This document shows positions 37,090-51,552 of a stretch of 64,000 nt of DNA, in pieces (positions within the stretch are counted from its first letter, which is position 1; each line of letters begins with the position of its first letter). A model generated the notes under the pieces. That model did not search any database. It had not been told where the DNA came from and was given only the letters and a program-made list of their open reading frames with translations. The stretch comes from Octopus bimaculoides (lineage: Eukaryota). Location: contig NC_068989.1 of NCBI RefSeq assembly GCF_001194135.2, positions 72,056,064 through 72,120,063 on the forward strand, in the 5' to 3' direction. The position numbers were made by a program, and so were the translations under genes.

Positions 37090-38298
37090 TTATTTTCCTT
37101 AAAAACCCAGGTAGAAACTTCACCTGTCTGTTCTGCTTAGAATTACCTCATTAGGACAAGATATTATAATTATACACGTCAACAATAACCTAGACTAGAT
37201 TTTAGCTTAAGTAGTACATTCTATAAGTGAGATACCAAATCAAGAATTCAAGTTAAAAAGAAGTTTCTGAATCAACATTTGCAAATCAAATCCTAAAACA
37301 CATGAAAAAGTGGGAAAAAAGAGGAAAAAGAAGAAATATTATATCAGCCAGATGGCTGGTTGTGAACATGCCTCCAATAGAGTGTAGCTATGGAATAATG
37401 AGCTGAGAAAATGTCAAAAAAGAATAACATAAAATGACTAGGTTCTTGGGAACTTAAAACTGATTTGTAACATTTATTAATGTCAATGCTTGAGGGAAAT
37501 AGATTATTATCATTATTTGTCTGAAAGCTATAGGTTATTTATCTATGGGGACATAAAAAAGATTTTCAAAAAATCTTGTCTGTTCACTAAGATTTTATTC
37601 AGCATTAAAGCTTTCAAAGTGGCAAGAATTTTCTATGGGATAATTAAGAGAGAAGAAAATATTTTTAGACTCATGTTAAAGTTACATGAGAGTGTTCTAA
37701 TTAATTTCTGAATAAATACAGTGAACAAAAATAACTATCGAAAGTAAATTTCAATCATTCAAAGTTACACTAAAAAGAAAACTAAGTGACATAATTTGGG
37801 GTTGGAAAATACAAGAACTGAAATGATGTATAAACGTTTTCAGAGATGAAATTTTCTTGAGAGCTAATGTGTAAATCAGTTAACTTACACAAGACGAGTT
37901 AAAAAAGGATGAAAATAAAAGGTGAAGTAAAGGTTTCAGAATCAAAAGTACTTTTTTACTGGTTTCAGCCATTTGGATGTGACCATACTGCAGCAGCATG
38001 GCTATGAAATATATTGTGGTTGAAGAAAGAACTGCTCAAATTAAATACACATCAGTATGGAAAAAAGGAGGCTGAACAGAATATTTTGATTTATTTCTAA
38101 GTCATAAACAGTACAATATTAAAAGAAAACATTCCTTTCAGACTATTTCGACAGACAGTATATTGGAATAATTTGGTATTACTTATTAAATATAGCTGCA
38201 GTCCAATGACTGAAACATGTTAAAGATAAAAAATAAGAGATTTTAATTTAAAACTGATTGAATGGTAAAAATAAGCTTATAGTTTAAACAAAGTGAAA

Positions 38299-38550
38299 AG
38301 TATGGAGGTGTCTATCTCCTTGGTGGTGTGACCACATCTGGTCAGATGTTTGTGGAAGGAAGATGCATTGGTGGCGAGAAGCTCCTTAATTGAGAAGTAG
38401 AGTGGTCAGTCTGTGCTACTGATGTAGTGGTTGTTGCATTTGGAGCATTATGTTTGGTATTAAGGAGAATCTCACCACCACCGTGTTCTCCTTTTACAAG
38501 CACTTGACCAGATGTGGCCACACCACCAAGGAGATAGACACCTCAATACT
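38299..38550. mobile_element. Foldback / long-TIR MITE
   Basis: About 90-bp inverted arms, the outer about 46 bp with 2 mismatches; direct repeat CAAAGTGAAA at 38289-38298 and 38558-38567. Confidence 0.8.
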
Positions 38551-40054
38551 AGTCTGGCAAAGTGAAATTTTTATAATATATAATACTTATGAAAGAATAA
38601 AAATGTATGAATTCAGTGGGCCTTCAACCTATTTTTTCTCATTGATACAATGAGGAGAAGGTTTGAGTTCTACTGTGTTTCACTATTTTATTCTCTTTCA
38701 TATCTATTCTGTATAGCAACACTTTGTTTATAATGTAAACATGGTAATTATTGTATTGACCTTGGAGGACCTGTGAAGGCAATGGGCAGGACCCTTTCTA
38801 CCAGACCCAACCAATTCAGAAAAAAAAAAAAGTACTATTAAGTATTTAGTTGCACTATATTAAAATAAACAAAAGTAACAAAATGATAATAAAAATCATC
38901 TTTCTAGATTACATTTCTCTTGTAAAACTACTCAAATAAGGAATGAAAGAAATGAAGTTTTAACAGTAATTCATAGTAGCAACATCAAAACAAAATAACA
39001 AATATAACACCACCACCCACCACCTACTATCACTGCTCATTGTCAACTAATAGTAGAATAAATATATTATATTTCAATTTATTTTCTGAATAGGCATTTC
39101 AAGAAATTTTCAGCTTCAGACTTTTGATTAACTGACAAGAGATAAAAAAAAAAGTATTTCACAGACTATTTCTTTGTTAAAAATATTATCTAATGACATT
39201 CTCAATATTATAAATGGAAAAAATGAAATTTCGTTCAACAAAAGATTTCATTGCTGAGATGATAGTGTTGTAGTGTTGGTAGCTGATATTGTCAGATTTA
39301 ATTCTTTTCAATTCTAAAGCTATGGCAAATGGTTATGACTGTTATTGAATTTTGATACAGTTTTGTTTGTTGATTGTGTAGTGAATGATTCTATTTTTGT
39401 AGATCAACAAAATGTATAATCTTGTATATTTACTTAGCGATTCTTTCATCATTTCAGTAGGTACAGTGTAGGCTATGCTTAACTGATGAAGTAAGAATAA
39501 CAATGAAAAAGAAGCATAACTGAAGTTATCAAGTGGAAAAATAAAAACAACCTTAGTCAATGATTAGCAGTTTTTCCCTCACGGTATGATTATTTCTAAT
39601 TAGCCTTTTAAAAATGCTAATACTCATTTAACTATTCATAACAGGTACACACTAGTGTTTACGTGCATAAATATAATTGCCAGTGATAATCATAATAATC
39701 ATAATTATTCACAGCTTGCAATATGGCAGAAAAAATATATGCTAACCATAAATAAACCATGCTAAATAAGCTTAAGTTATGCTAAAAAAGCTAAAGTTAG
39801 AAATATTACCTAAACTGTATTATTTTATCTAAATATAATTGAAATTACAAATAAACTTCCATTAACTAATAACAATAAGGTTGTAGGGGTGTTATGCTTT
39901 CTTCTAATATATACAAAAATGATGAAAATGTTGAAAGTGTATTTTTGTAGTGTTAAACCGTATTGAACCCACATACAATAGTTAGCTTGTATGTTTGTTC
40001 ACAGCCACAGTAATGTGATAATGCTGAAGTAGGAGGCTGTCAAAAACCAAATAG

Positions 40055-40134
40055 AAAATGAATGTGTAAGTGACAGTAGGGTAAGTAAAATGAATGTAAG
40101 TGACAGTAGGGTAAGTAAAATGAATGTAAGTGAA
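40055..40134 (+). repeat. 30-bp tandem repeat, about 2.6 copies
   Basis: Unit AAAATGAATGTAAGTGACAGTAGGGTAAGT. Confidence 0.95.
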
Positions 40135-40389
40135 AGGATGAGGTGTGTATCACATTGCTTTAATTTTAGCTCTAATACAATGTATTACAATGTTTTACAA
40201 GGTAATATTTTTATATATATAAAAATAAAAATAAAAAGATTCAACACTCAATTTTGTTTGACCAGGTGTGCTATTTTCTATAATGCACTAGTAAACAATA
40301 ACAAAACCTAAATTCTCAAAATGCTTTTACTTGAATGACTGTTACACCCTTGTAACTCAAGATTATTGCTTACATATAAACTTGAAAGT

Positions 40390-40776
40390 GGAGGCGCAAT
40401 GGCCCAGTGGTTAGGGCAGTGGACTCGCAGTCATAGGATTGCGGTTTCAATTCCCAGACCGGGCGTTGTGAGTGTTTATTGAGCGAAAACACCTAAAGCT
40501 CCACGAGGCTCCGGCAGGGGATGGTGGCGAACCCTGCTGTACTCTTTCACCACAACTTTGTCTCACTCTTAATTCCTGTCTCTGTTGTGCCTGTAATTCA
40601 AAGGGTCAGCCTTGTCACACTGTGTCATGCTGAATATCCCCGACAACTACGTTAAGGGTACACGTGTCTGTGGAGTGCTCAACCACTTGCACGTTAATTT
40701 CATGAGCAGGCTGTTCCGTTGATCGGATCAACTGGAACCCTCGACGTCGTAAGCGACAGAGTGCCAACAACAACAA
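40390..40776 (+). mobile_element. Full-length, apparently young tRNA-derived SINE with TSD and (CAA)n tail
   Basis: A box (tggcccagtgg) and B-box-like (ggtttcaattcc) motifs; many intact CpGs; TSD ATAAACTTGAAA(A)GT at 40376-40389 and 40777-40791. Confidence 0.9.
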
Positions 40777-41059
40777 ATAAACTTGAAAAGTTGCAAGACA
40801 TATTTCCTTGGTGTTCATGCATCATTACACATTTCCAATTATTTCAACCACTAGAGCAGCTTGGGACCTATGAAAGGAAAACTTTATATTGCTCTGGACA
40901 TATAAAACAAGGGTTAACTAAATGACTGAAAACAAGCATGGATGTTTAGCACAGTCTTATGAAAATGCTTCAGACAGACAAAGAGTCAAATCACATAATC
41001 TACTATTTTCAAATAAAAAGGACAAATTGAAAGACATAGTCCTAAAATATACTTTGATT

Positions 41060-41215
41060 GTCTCTGAGTGGTTGGTGTTAGGAAGGGCATCCAGCTGTAG
41101 AAACTCTGCCAAATCAGACTGGAGCCTGGTGTTGCCATCCGGTTTCACCAGTCCTCAGTCAAATCGTCCAACCCATGCTAGCATGGAAAGCGGACGTTAA
41201 ACGATGATGATGATT
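41060..41215 (+). mobile_element. 3' part of the (GAT)n-tailed SINE/LINE-tail family
   Basis: gaagggcatccagctgtagaaactctgccaaatcagac...agcatggaaagcggacgttaaacgatgatgat. Confidence 0.85.
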
Positions 41216-44200
41216 GAAAAGAAAGAGGGCAAGGTCATGGCAAGAATGCTCTTCATTATAGGTTTGCACAATCAAGGCTGACCAAAGATTAAAGAACAGG
41301 AATGCTTTAAATGCAGCGGCTAGATTTGTTTTGTTTCAAATATTAAATAGAATGGTAATTAAATCTTTTGAAATGAAAACCTATTTTAATGTATTAAAAA
41401 ATTTTTAAATGATATTTCTTAAAAATTATTTGATTAAATTAATCTATGCAGAACTTGTAGGCTTCTTATATCATCATTCGGGTTGGAATAAATCATTTGA
41501 AATTAAAGGAAATTGAATATGATGATAATTGCTATTTACATTATATATATTGTATTGAGTAGTGCATTATTATTATTATTTTTGAAACAATAATACAGAA
41601 TACTATATTGTTAACAATATCTCTGGCCATATGTAGAGAATAAAAAAGAAAATCCAAACTTATCACTTCTAAATGTCATGGTAACTTTAAAAATGGTTAT
41701 GAAATCAACAACTTTAGAAATTTAAAAACTAGCATATATTTTCTCTAAACCAAAATATAAAGAACACTGTTTTTCTTTCTTTCTTTCATAATTTTCCGTC
41801 ACTCTATATATCTATGATTGAAGAATAATTGAAATAGTTCATATCAAATGAATGATTATTAAATCATATAAAATAAAAAAAAGATATCAAGTACAAATAT
41901 AGTCTTTTGCTCAATCCGAATACTTTACCGCAAAAATAAAAAAGAAAAAATGCAGTTTAAACAAATACTTCTCTTTTAAAGGCCATACATACAAAAAAAT
42001 CTAATAGCCATATCAAAAACCTGATAAGACAAACGAGTGAAAAGAGTAAGTAATGGGTTAGAATTTGAGATAATTTGAACCAGTTTTGTAAAAGCTTGTA
42101 ATATGTTAAAATAACAATTGTGCAGCATTACAAATTGCAGTGATAATTTACAAGGTATTTTAAATTCGCTGATAACTGAAGTGCATATATGAAACTGGAA
42201 CTCTCCAATAACACTCGTGACCAATTACATGCAATGCCAGAGAAAGCACGAGCAGTTTGCAATGAAATAATTGGGGTTTCGGTGAAAATTGGCTTTTGTT
42301 CTAATTTTTCTTTTCTTTTTTTTTTTTGTCTGTGTCAAGATGGAGTATTAGCCAAAAACATTTAACTAAGTCTTTAAAAATATCACGAGATATGTCAATA
42401 GTTGTCTGAGACTGTTGTTAACTGGTGTTTTTGTAACAAAGTGTACACATAATTGCATGCATGCACACACACGCACTCCCTACCCCCACACTTACAATCA
42501 TCCTCATCATCATCATTTAACATTTATTTTTCATGCTGGCATGATGGACTGGATGATTTAACCGGACCAGGCCCATAGTCTGTTTAGGCTTGGTTTCTAC
42601 AGCTGGATGCCCTTCTTAATGCCAACCACTTTACAGAGTGTACTGAGTGCTTACATGCACACACACAAAGATATACATTTGGTTTCTTGGAAGATGTTTC
42701 TGTCAAGTTGTTGGGTTTTGGGGAAGGGTTGGCGGAGCAAGTCTAAAAGTTTTTCATATATAATTAGTTTAACCTTGACATGGAATAAAATTCACTTATC
42801 TCATCAAAACCATTTACTGTCTAATATTAATCTATAAAACTCCAAGTTATTAACCTTAGAAACTAAATTTATCAGTAAGCTTTCAGGGATAATCATTTAT
42901 AAACATTATGTCAATTGGCTTTTACTTTTTCTAAGAAATCTAGGTTTACTCACTAGAGTTTTGCTTTCACTTATTTGTTTTTCTCAATAAATGTTATCAT
43001 CTGTTTTAATTATTCAATTGACAATATAATGAAAGTGTATGAATAAAAATCCTCTTATGCAAACATGCCTATTGAAAATGTGGATTCGAGTCTTATTGGC
43101 AGCTTGCAACATTTCCTATCCAAAAGGGTCTCTCAACCCAATATTTATATTGTTATTACTGATAGTATATAGATGTATGTTTCAAGATATACTATTCCAC
43201 CCACCAACAAACAATATTCTTATGATGCCAATAACATACAGTTCTTACTGCTCAGAATAAAGCTTCTAAAATGGACAGAGCAATTTGAAGGATTGCTCTG
43301 GTCCAATGGTAGAACATCTGTCATATCAATAAGAGAAATGGGTTACAGTCCCACAGGCAGCCTTCAACTTTTTCTATCCAAAAGGGTTTTCCAACCTAAT
43401 ATTTACATGCTATTTAATTATAGCTTTATGTGCATCAAGATTATATATATACATACATACACACTACACTTATTGCTTTTAGTTTATTTGTTATTAGTAT
43501 ATATATGTATAAAATTTATTGGACTGGTCAACTGTTTAACTCTCGGCAAAAATAAATGGAACAGCACACAAGGAAGACAAAAGAAGAAGTTAAAGATATA
43601 CTAAAAGAAATTTGGAAAGTACAGCATCAGTGTGTTTGAGGGAATCGTTGGTGGTTATCAACCAATCCAAGTGGTGACAGATCATCTAGAATAGAGCTTA
43701 GAAACAGCTCAAACCAAATATCTCAATGATAAATGTGTGCATTAATAGCCAGAACAGCACCTTTTCTATGAAACCACATATCTCCTGCTGACAATTGGAC
43801 TTGTGGAGCCTGCATTGGCCTCCATAGCCAAATATAACTCTACAAAAGTTAAGTCTTGTGAACAATTCTTAACCCATTAAGAATTGCAACTCTTCACACA
43901 TACACACTTTGTTTTAAGCCAATTTACTATGTTACTAGCAACTTAGAGAGTTATGTCATTAGCAATTCTTTGTGGAGAGCTATATAACAAACTAATAGTA
44001 GAATAAATGAATTGACAATTCTAATAAATTGCAATTTTCTTCGTTTTTCTTTCTTTTTCTTTTTAAGTTTGCTAATTTTCATATTAGAATATGAAAATAA
44101 ATAAAACACCCTAATAAAAAATAATTTATCAAATATTAAAAAAAATAATACTAATATTACTTGTACATTTTTAGAGAGTTGTGCAAAAAAGTATTCAAGT

Positions 44201-45574
44201 TGTAATGTACGTTCACATATGTCTATGTGAAATTAATCAACAGACATAACAGTCAGTATATTTCTTTTTATGTGTCAGAAAACATTATTTCTAAAGAGGA
44301 ATTCAAGTATGTACTTAGAACATGACTCATATTCCATTTAGATGGTATATTAGTCCCAGCCATATATAAAAAAAAAGCTGATACAAAAAGGAATGAGGCT
44401 ATCAGTTGACCAGTAACTGACAAAAGTTACATATCAGAAGAATGTAAAAATGGAATAATCAATATCTCAGGGAAAGCTAAAAGAATTTTTAGGTAAAAAA
44501 AAAATAAAAGAATGGTAACCACAGACATTTGACATCAGCTTCTTTTATGTTTACTATTATATCCTTAAACTTATTCATTTTAAAATGTTGATGAAAAATA
44601 ATTTGCATTTCAAAAACATAGTTGGTATATTGAGGATGATAATGTAGATGAAGTTGTTAGTAATTAGAACAATATTGGCAATGTTCTTTGATGGGTTAAA
44701 AATAATACAATACTAACTTATGACAGTGCTATTTTGTATCTAGTTCACAAAGAAAAATTCAAAAGAGGCTGGGGAAAAAAAAATCATACATATAGTAAAG
44801 AATTTGGAGACAGGGAAATTCATGAATTCATCAGGCAATATTTTCTTCAACTTATTTTAAAGAATATTACTAAACTGATTTGGTAAGTAAAACTTTTATA
44901 TATATATATATATATATATAGATATATATAACGTTAAAAGTGAGTGTTTCCATATGCATAAAAACACTGAAAATTTTACTGAATAAAGGACTTAATACAT
45001 GTGTACAGTCCAATATTTATAATTATTTTATTGATAGTGAATTTGATGCTTTGCCAAGTATGGCTTATTCAAATTGTATGAATAAACCATTATTCAAAAC
45101 TTCTAAATCACTATCAGTAAAATCTTACATATAAAATGCATATATACATATAACACATATAATATACATATAATATATATATATAAAAATTATATAATAT
45201 ATATATTATATATATATATGGTAACTTCAAGATGTTTGGGACATGTGTTCATTAACAATAATATAAATAAAAGCTGAAGAAGAGATAGTATAGGGATCAT
45301 AAGTGGGTTTAATGTCAAAGGAGAAGTCTTGGCTATGAAACTGCTCAGCTACTAAAGTCGGGCAAAGAGAACCTTCTAGATACATACCTTTGCTCTCTAG
45401 TTGACCTCCTAGCAAAAACAAAAAAGATAAAGAACAACCAAAAATGTTTATAGTACAAATAACCAAAGGAATATCATTATCGTGATTCCAGATATACTAA
45501 AATAACAGAGAATTAGATCAGAACCATCATGCATCATGTGAATAAGAATGGCATAGTTTTAATAATAATAATTA

Positions 45575-45799
45575 TAATCCTTTCTACTGGAAGCACAAGG
45601 CCTCAAATTTGGGGGAAGGGATTAATTTGATTACATCGACCCCAGTGCATAACTGGGAGTTATTTAATTGACCCCAAAAATATGAAAGGCAAAGTCGACC
45701 TCGGCAGAATTTGAACTCCAAACGTAGCCGCAGACACTAAGCATTTCCCCCAGCATGCTACCAATTCTGTCAGCTCACCACCCTTATAATAATAATAAC

Positions 45800-45834
<35 letters not shown>

Positions 45835-46290
45835 TGATAATAATAATTCTTCCTATCTTGAACCAGTGATCAACAGATACTTATTTTATCGAATCCAACA
45901 GGATGAAAAGAAAGTTTACCTTGGTGGAATTTGAACTCAGAACATAAAACCAAAAGAAATACAGTTAAGCATTTTGTCCAACTCACTCATGATTCTACCA
46001 GCTTATTACCTTAGTAGTAGTAGTTGTAATAATAATAATAATAATAATCCTTTCTATTATAGGCACCAGGCCTGAAACTTTGGGGAGAGGGTATAGTCGA
46101 TTACATCGACACCAGTACTCAACTAATACTTATTTTATCAGCCTCAAAAGGATGAAAGGCAAAGTCAACCACAGCAGAATTTGAACTCAGAATGTGAAGA
46201 CAGACAAAATATCGTTAAGCATTTTGCCCAGCATGCCAACATTTCTGCTAGCTTGCTGCCTTAATAATAATAATAATGATAATAATAACT
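45575..46290 (-). mobile_element. Fourth array of AAT-family SINEs (about 3 copies) with (AAT)n spacers
   Basis: Same repeated core and (AAT)n runs at about 45787-45846, 46028-46047 and 46262-46286. Confidence 0.85.
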
Positions 46291-48451
46291 CTTGCTAATT
46301 AATTCCTAAATTCTTTAGGGTTTTATGCTTTCAAAGATAAATTATGAGATATGTAACTTCCTTCCAAATTAGAAGTAGAGAAAATAACTAAGTTTAAATT
46401 TTTACTACATAACATTGAAACAAAATATTTTACAAGTTTTGATATCATAAACTTTGTAATTTCTTTCTCTTCTAGTACTCCAATCATTAAAATCAACTAA
46501 ACTTTATTCCTAGCCAATCCCTAAAATATTTAAATAATTAAAAATTTTCTTAATATTAATTCCGAAGTATGTTTACATACTTATGTAATATGTAAAATAT
46601 TACACCATATGCAACTATGGCATAAGATATGATAAAATCTCAGATGATGTTTGTTGAATTGTCACTTCATTCTGCATACAACAAAGTGCTTATAAAGTTG
46701 TATACTTGATTCAGAAAGCACATAATACATGTACTGGGCCTAAAGAGAGCCCATGAGGAATAAACATTGCTATGGTTGGGTTTATGATTAATATACTTTC
46801 CAATCCATAACTATCTTCACAATACTTTTACACGAACATCATATGTGATTATGTTGTTTGTTGTTTGGTGAAAGATGTTATTTTAAATAATGTTAATAGA
46901 ATGCATATTAACTTCATTTCTTCAAGAGATGGTGATTCCTGTCTAAGAGCCAGTGCTCCAGCATGGAATTAATGGTTAAAACAAATTGAAAAGCTAAAAA
47001 GAACTAAACCAAAAGTAGTATATATTTAAAAGCAACTATGCTACTGAACATATTTAATCTACATTATTCCTGTATTGGGTAACTTCACAGTATAACAATA
47101 TATTTGATAATAGAAACCTTCAATTAACAGCCAGCATTCATAGTAAATTCTTAATATAAATAGAAATCTTTGGTAAGTCTGTGTTCGTTGTTTTCCATCA
47201 AAATATAAACATTTGTACATTAGCAGTCTGCATACATACTTAGAATGTATATATGTTGGAAGTCTTCTAAACTGTGATATATGCCCTGAGAAATTATCTC
47301 TTATAGATGTATTCTGTTAGAAATGCAGGTAAAAGTCACTCAGCATTGGTGATGAAATTGCTAGATCCAAATTTCTGCCTATTAGTTTCATCAGTAGCAA
47401 ATATCTACGTCACTTTGTGACCTTATAAGCATGTTATTGATATAAATCTAAGACTCAAGAATCCAATGTTAGTTTCCTCTATCACAAAGAGGTTACACAT
47501 AGCATTTTTGACTATACAAAGTATAATCAGACTGATATTCATCCCCTTCTCATGTGAAAGAGCATCAGTGAAAGAATCAAACCAAGGTGGTAGGCCCAGC
47601 TAGATAATTTTGAAGCACACAGCCAGTTAATAATGTAATATAATTTTATTTCCTAAGCACATAGTCAGCAAAGTAGGAGTAGCAATGGGGTAATTAAGAA
47701 GATACTATAACAAATTTAACACATAATAGTAGGACATCAAACAAGGTACAGTACAAAACATGTAATCCAGTTTCATATCTAATATCCAAATATTAATATT
47801 GGTGTCTGTAATTTATCTTAATAAGGTATTTAATCACAGAATATCTATGCAAAAGAAAAAAAAATGTTACTACTACACACTACTACTACTACACACTATC
47901 AAGAACTACTTTCATACTTCCATTTAGAATTAGATCACCATCTCTTTAGCTATTTTCTGTACAAATTAAAGAAATAAAAACTTCTACTCAAGTGGAACTT
48001 TGATAGAAGTTTCTCTTAAAAAAAATATCTTTTGAAAGATATATTGACTTCTACTTCCATTTAGCTACATTATGAGGTCTCTAAAATAAAATGAATTCCT
48101 ATTAGGAAGAGAAAAAAAAATCCATTCTAATTCACATCAGGTAGATAAAGAAGTTTCCATTTTACTAAATCATATTCACAACTTTTACTGTGATTTGGCA
48201 TTTATACATCATCAGTGTTGCACTTTTAATTTTATGTTTATTTACCATAGCTTCAAGTAAAAGCAGCTGAAAGTTGATATTTTAATAGTTTTAATACATA
48301 GTTATATATACATTAATTACAGAATTTACATAAATGGAAGAACAAGTATATAATATATAATTATTGTGGATTTTGTCTTTCTGGTTCTGATCATCAGATT
48401 TTGATCATTGGCATGCATTGAGTTAGATAAAAAGGAGTTTATAAAACTTAC

Positions 48452-48573
48452 TTATCCACAAATCCCTCTAGTTCTTCAGCTTGCTCGGCTAGGGTGGACT
48501 CCAAATCCAAATAGGTTCCAAATTCACTGACACCAGTACGGTAACGGAATATTTGTAAGGCACAATCATCCAA
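48452..48573 (-). CDS. FHOD3: FHOD exon (GBD), 122 nt, phase 0 to 2: LDDCALQIFRYRTGVSEFGTYLDLESTLAEQAEELEGFVD
   Basis: Acceptor ttttctatttataacag, donor gtaagt; resembles FHOD LEDCALQ...YLD..LSLEEQ.E.LEGF. Confidence 0.95.
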
Positions 48574-51512
48574 CTGTTATAAATAGAAAATATAGAAATA
48601 TGGTAAGGGAAAATGGTTACATTTTGAACTTGCTCATACAAAATCTACAAAATATGTAACATATATAGTACCTATACAGACAGGAATAATTCAGCTGTTT
48701 TTCCATAGACTGAAAAAGTGATGAACAACCTTAATTGATTTTTGAATCTTAGTGGATTCTCATCAGAGGTGTCTACATCAATTTGACCATCCCCAGAGAA
48801 ACAAACAGCCAATATGTGTGTGTGTGTACTCATGGTCATTATGAACAATATCATTTTATCAGTAAAAATGTTCACTTTGACAAATTCTCAAAGACCAAAG
48901 AAATAAAACCTGTTGGGATCGTTAATTTAATAAATAAATATATATATTGGATATTCTTCATTAAAAAAGACAAAGAAAGCTCTGTTCAATAAAGCCCTCA
49001 GTACTTGCTAAGAGGCAGAACTTGCAGATTATATTTCAAATATCTGTTCTACCTCTGATTTCATCAATTGTACACTTATCACATTTTTATCAGGAATTTA
49101 TATGATGGAAACCCAAATAAAGTTAAAGCTATTGATATCAGCATAAGCAAATATTCAAATGATATGTACATATGTATTCAAACATGAATATGTGTGTATA
49201 AATGTTTCTGTATATTAGTATACAATAGTGCATCAAGTCACATTCCTTGACACCAAAAAGGTAAAACTTTGCCACTAAAAAAAAGGCGATTAATAAAATA
49301 GTATCAAATTGAAATAAGTGTGGTCAATATGATTGGCTAGAAACTCTTCATTGTGGCCACAGTCTGAAGTCTAAAAGAATACTGTATTTTTATCATGCAA
49401 CAGGAATCCTGTTACCAACCATTACCTATTTTGCAAGTAAGGGATTTCTTTATTCCATGGGTCTTCAAAAGCAATGAGTAACTACTTGTAATACCAAGAA
49501 AGTATATCAACATTAACTTTGCTTTGCTCAAGAAGTGGTGACAAGAATGGAATATAAACATACACACATATTTTCGCACACACACACGTGAATGAGGAAA
49601 AATAAGTAAAAGACAAAATGTGAGGGGCAAGTTTCAACAAAAATGCTATTACTATAACAGTTGAGAGGAAGGAAAAGTCTTAACATTTCGGGCACTAGTC
49701 CACTACCAAAAAGAGGAAAGAAAGGAAAACGGAAGGGGTGGGACGATGAATAATAGTGGGGGAAAAAGGAGAAATAAAAAACACAACTCATGAGTATATA
49801 ATATACTTTTCTAATATTTTCAATCAGCAGAAAGCCACAAAACTGACCCAAAGGCTAAGAGTGCCATATACGATATGTATATACAATGGTACACATTATG
49901 TACCCTTTCATTTGCAATCCAGATGTGACTGTCATAGTTGGATTTCATTACTACCACTTAGCTTATCATCAACCTCAATTTATTAGAGGGTAACAACTTA
50001 AAATAGTTATCTGCATTTTTTCCTCCCCATTTATATCTCAGAAACCTGCTTTACCATGCTGATCTAGGTTAGAGATCAAATCAGTAACTTTCTTCCCACC
50101 TAGTTTAATTTCAAACAGTTTCTATGCAGATTATTAATGTTTGAGATTTATATTATATATATATAAACACATATGCATGCATACACACTCACCTAATTCT
50201 TTTTATCAATGTGTTTCCCATAAACATACCACCTTAGTTATCTCAGCCAAAATAGCTATAATCTATTAACATTTTTTATAAAGAGACATCTTGTTAAGCA
50301 TGTTTACAATGAATTAAATGGATGTGATATTATTTGCAGGACAAGGCTTTTTCACTATTCCTGTATTTTGAGAAATGTTTGCAAAAGACAACCAGTCAGC
50401 CTGAACTGGAAGTGACAGAGTATGTATAACACACAAGACCATCTATTTTTCCATACCTACATATATTTTTCCATACCTACTTACTTGAGCTAATGAATTA
50501 GAAAGAAATGTATGAACAACTCAACTATTATAGAAATGAAAAAAATATTCATTGCAGTATTTTGAGAAGGTCATACCGCTAATAAATGCACACATACTTT
50601 GGTCATGCGTTATTTCATTGGTTAATTTATTAGTCTGTCCATGTCCTTTTTTCACAATCTGTAACCTTATTAATGACTATGTGACCCCGAAGCATATCTT
50701 TCTCCTCAGCACTTATTGCATATTTACTGTTCATATCATAGATCTTGTAGTTGAAGTGAAATGTAAACAGTGCTTGTTTTTTATTGACAGTTTGACCCTC
50801 ACAAAATTCGACAACATATGTTTTAACACACAATTTTGCATCAGAAATCTGGCAAAACACATAGAATGAATGTTTGCTTAATCCCACGAGAAAAATGAAA
50901 TTTTGTAAAGCAAGCTATGAAATAATATTTGTCATGAAATAAAAGAAATCATAGTTAGATTAAAAACCTTCCAACCATGAGCAACATGTCTTTAAGGGTA
51001 TCTAGGGCTATTACCCAATGTATCGTTCGTTACCTTTTTTTAAGAAGATAGGGTATAATTTGAAAAAAATTTGTTTGCTATTTCTAGCAGGTCAAATGAT
51101 GATGCAGAGACACCCTCTTTGGCTTGTAAATCTAGGGTAATAGATTAATTTGGTTATCAGCATATCAGTTAAGCTGTAGATAAAATTCTTGTTCCGGTAC
51201 ACAGAATTTACAGCATGCAAACACGTACCAGTTTGAGATAAGTGGGAGTAAACGTATAACAAAAATAACGCTGGTTTCATTATAAACTAACGAGAATGTC
51301 ATTGATGTTTGAGGGGAGCTAGGTCGAGTTGTTTGAACTACTCTCATAATTTGATTATATCACTTTAATCCTTTCATTTCTAAATGTGATATACACAAAT
51401 AATTATTTCTAAAATTTTAACAATTTATTAAATAACATATTTCTGAGAGAAGAAAAAAAAGATACCCAGAAAATTATCAAAGTTCACATTCGCTCATATT
51501 CATATATATATA

Positions 51513-51552
<40 letters not shown>

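Larger units (their letters stand above)
2053..48573 (-). other. FHOD3: Partial multi-exon gene: FHOD-family formin (FH1/FH2 domain-containing protein, FHOD1/FHOD3/Fhos orthologue), N-terminal GBD-FH3 region; extends beyond both identified ends
   Basis: 11 exons with canonical AG/GT boundaries and matching phases splice to LDDCALQ...YLDLESTLAEQAEELEGF...[48 protein letters not shown]...RLVVKTALKLLLVFVEYSE...PDQDTFYDVSDALEELGME...ALRHEDG. These motifs match the FHOD N-terminus as I recall it. Invertebrates generally have one FHOD gene, so the paralogue number is nominal. Confidence 0.95.

Noticed and set aside
40390-40460. tRNA gene
   Set aside because: The tRNA-like head continues into a SINE body with tail and TSD; no complete cloverleaf or acceptor stem
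48672-48875. Minus-strand ORF just upstream of the GBD exon as the missing first exon
   Set aside because: No FHOD N-terminal motif, and the nearby GT donor (TATAG|gtacta) is not in phase 0 in the Met-initiated frame I checked
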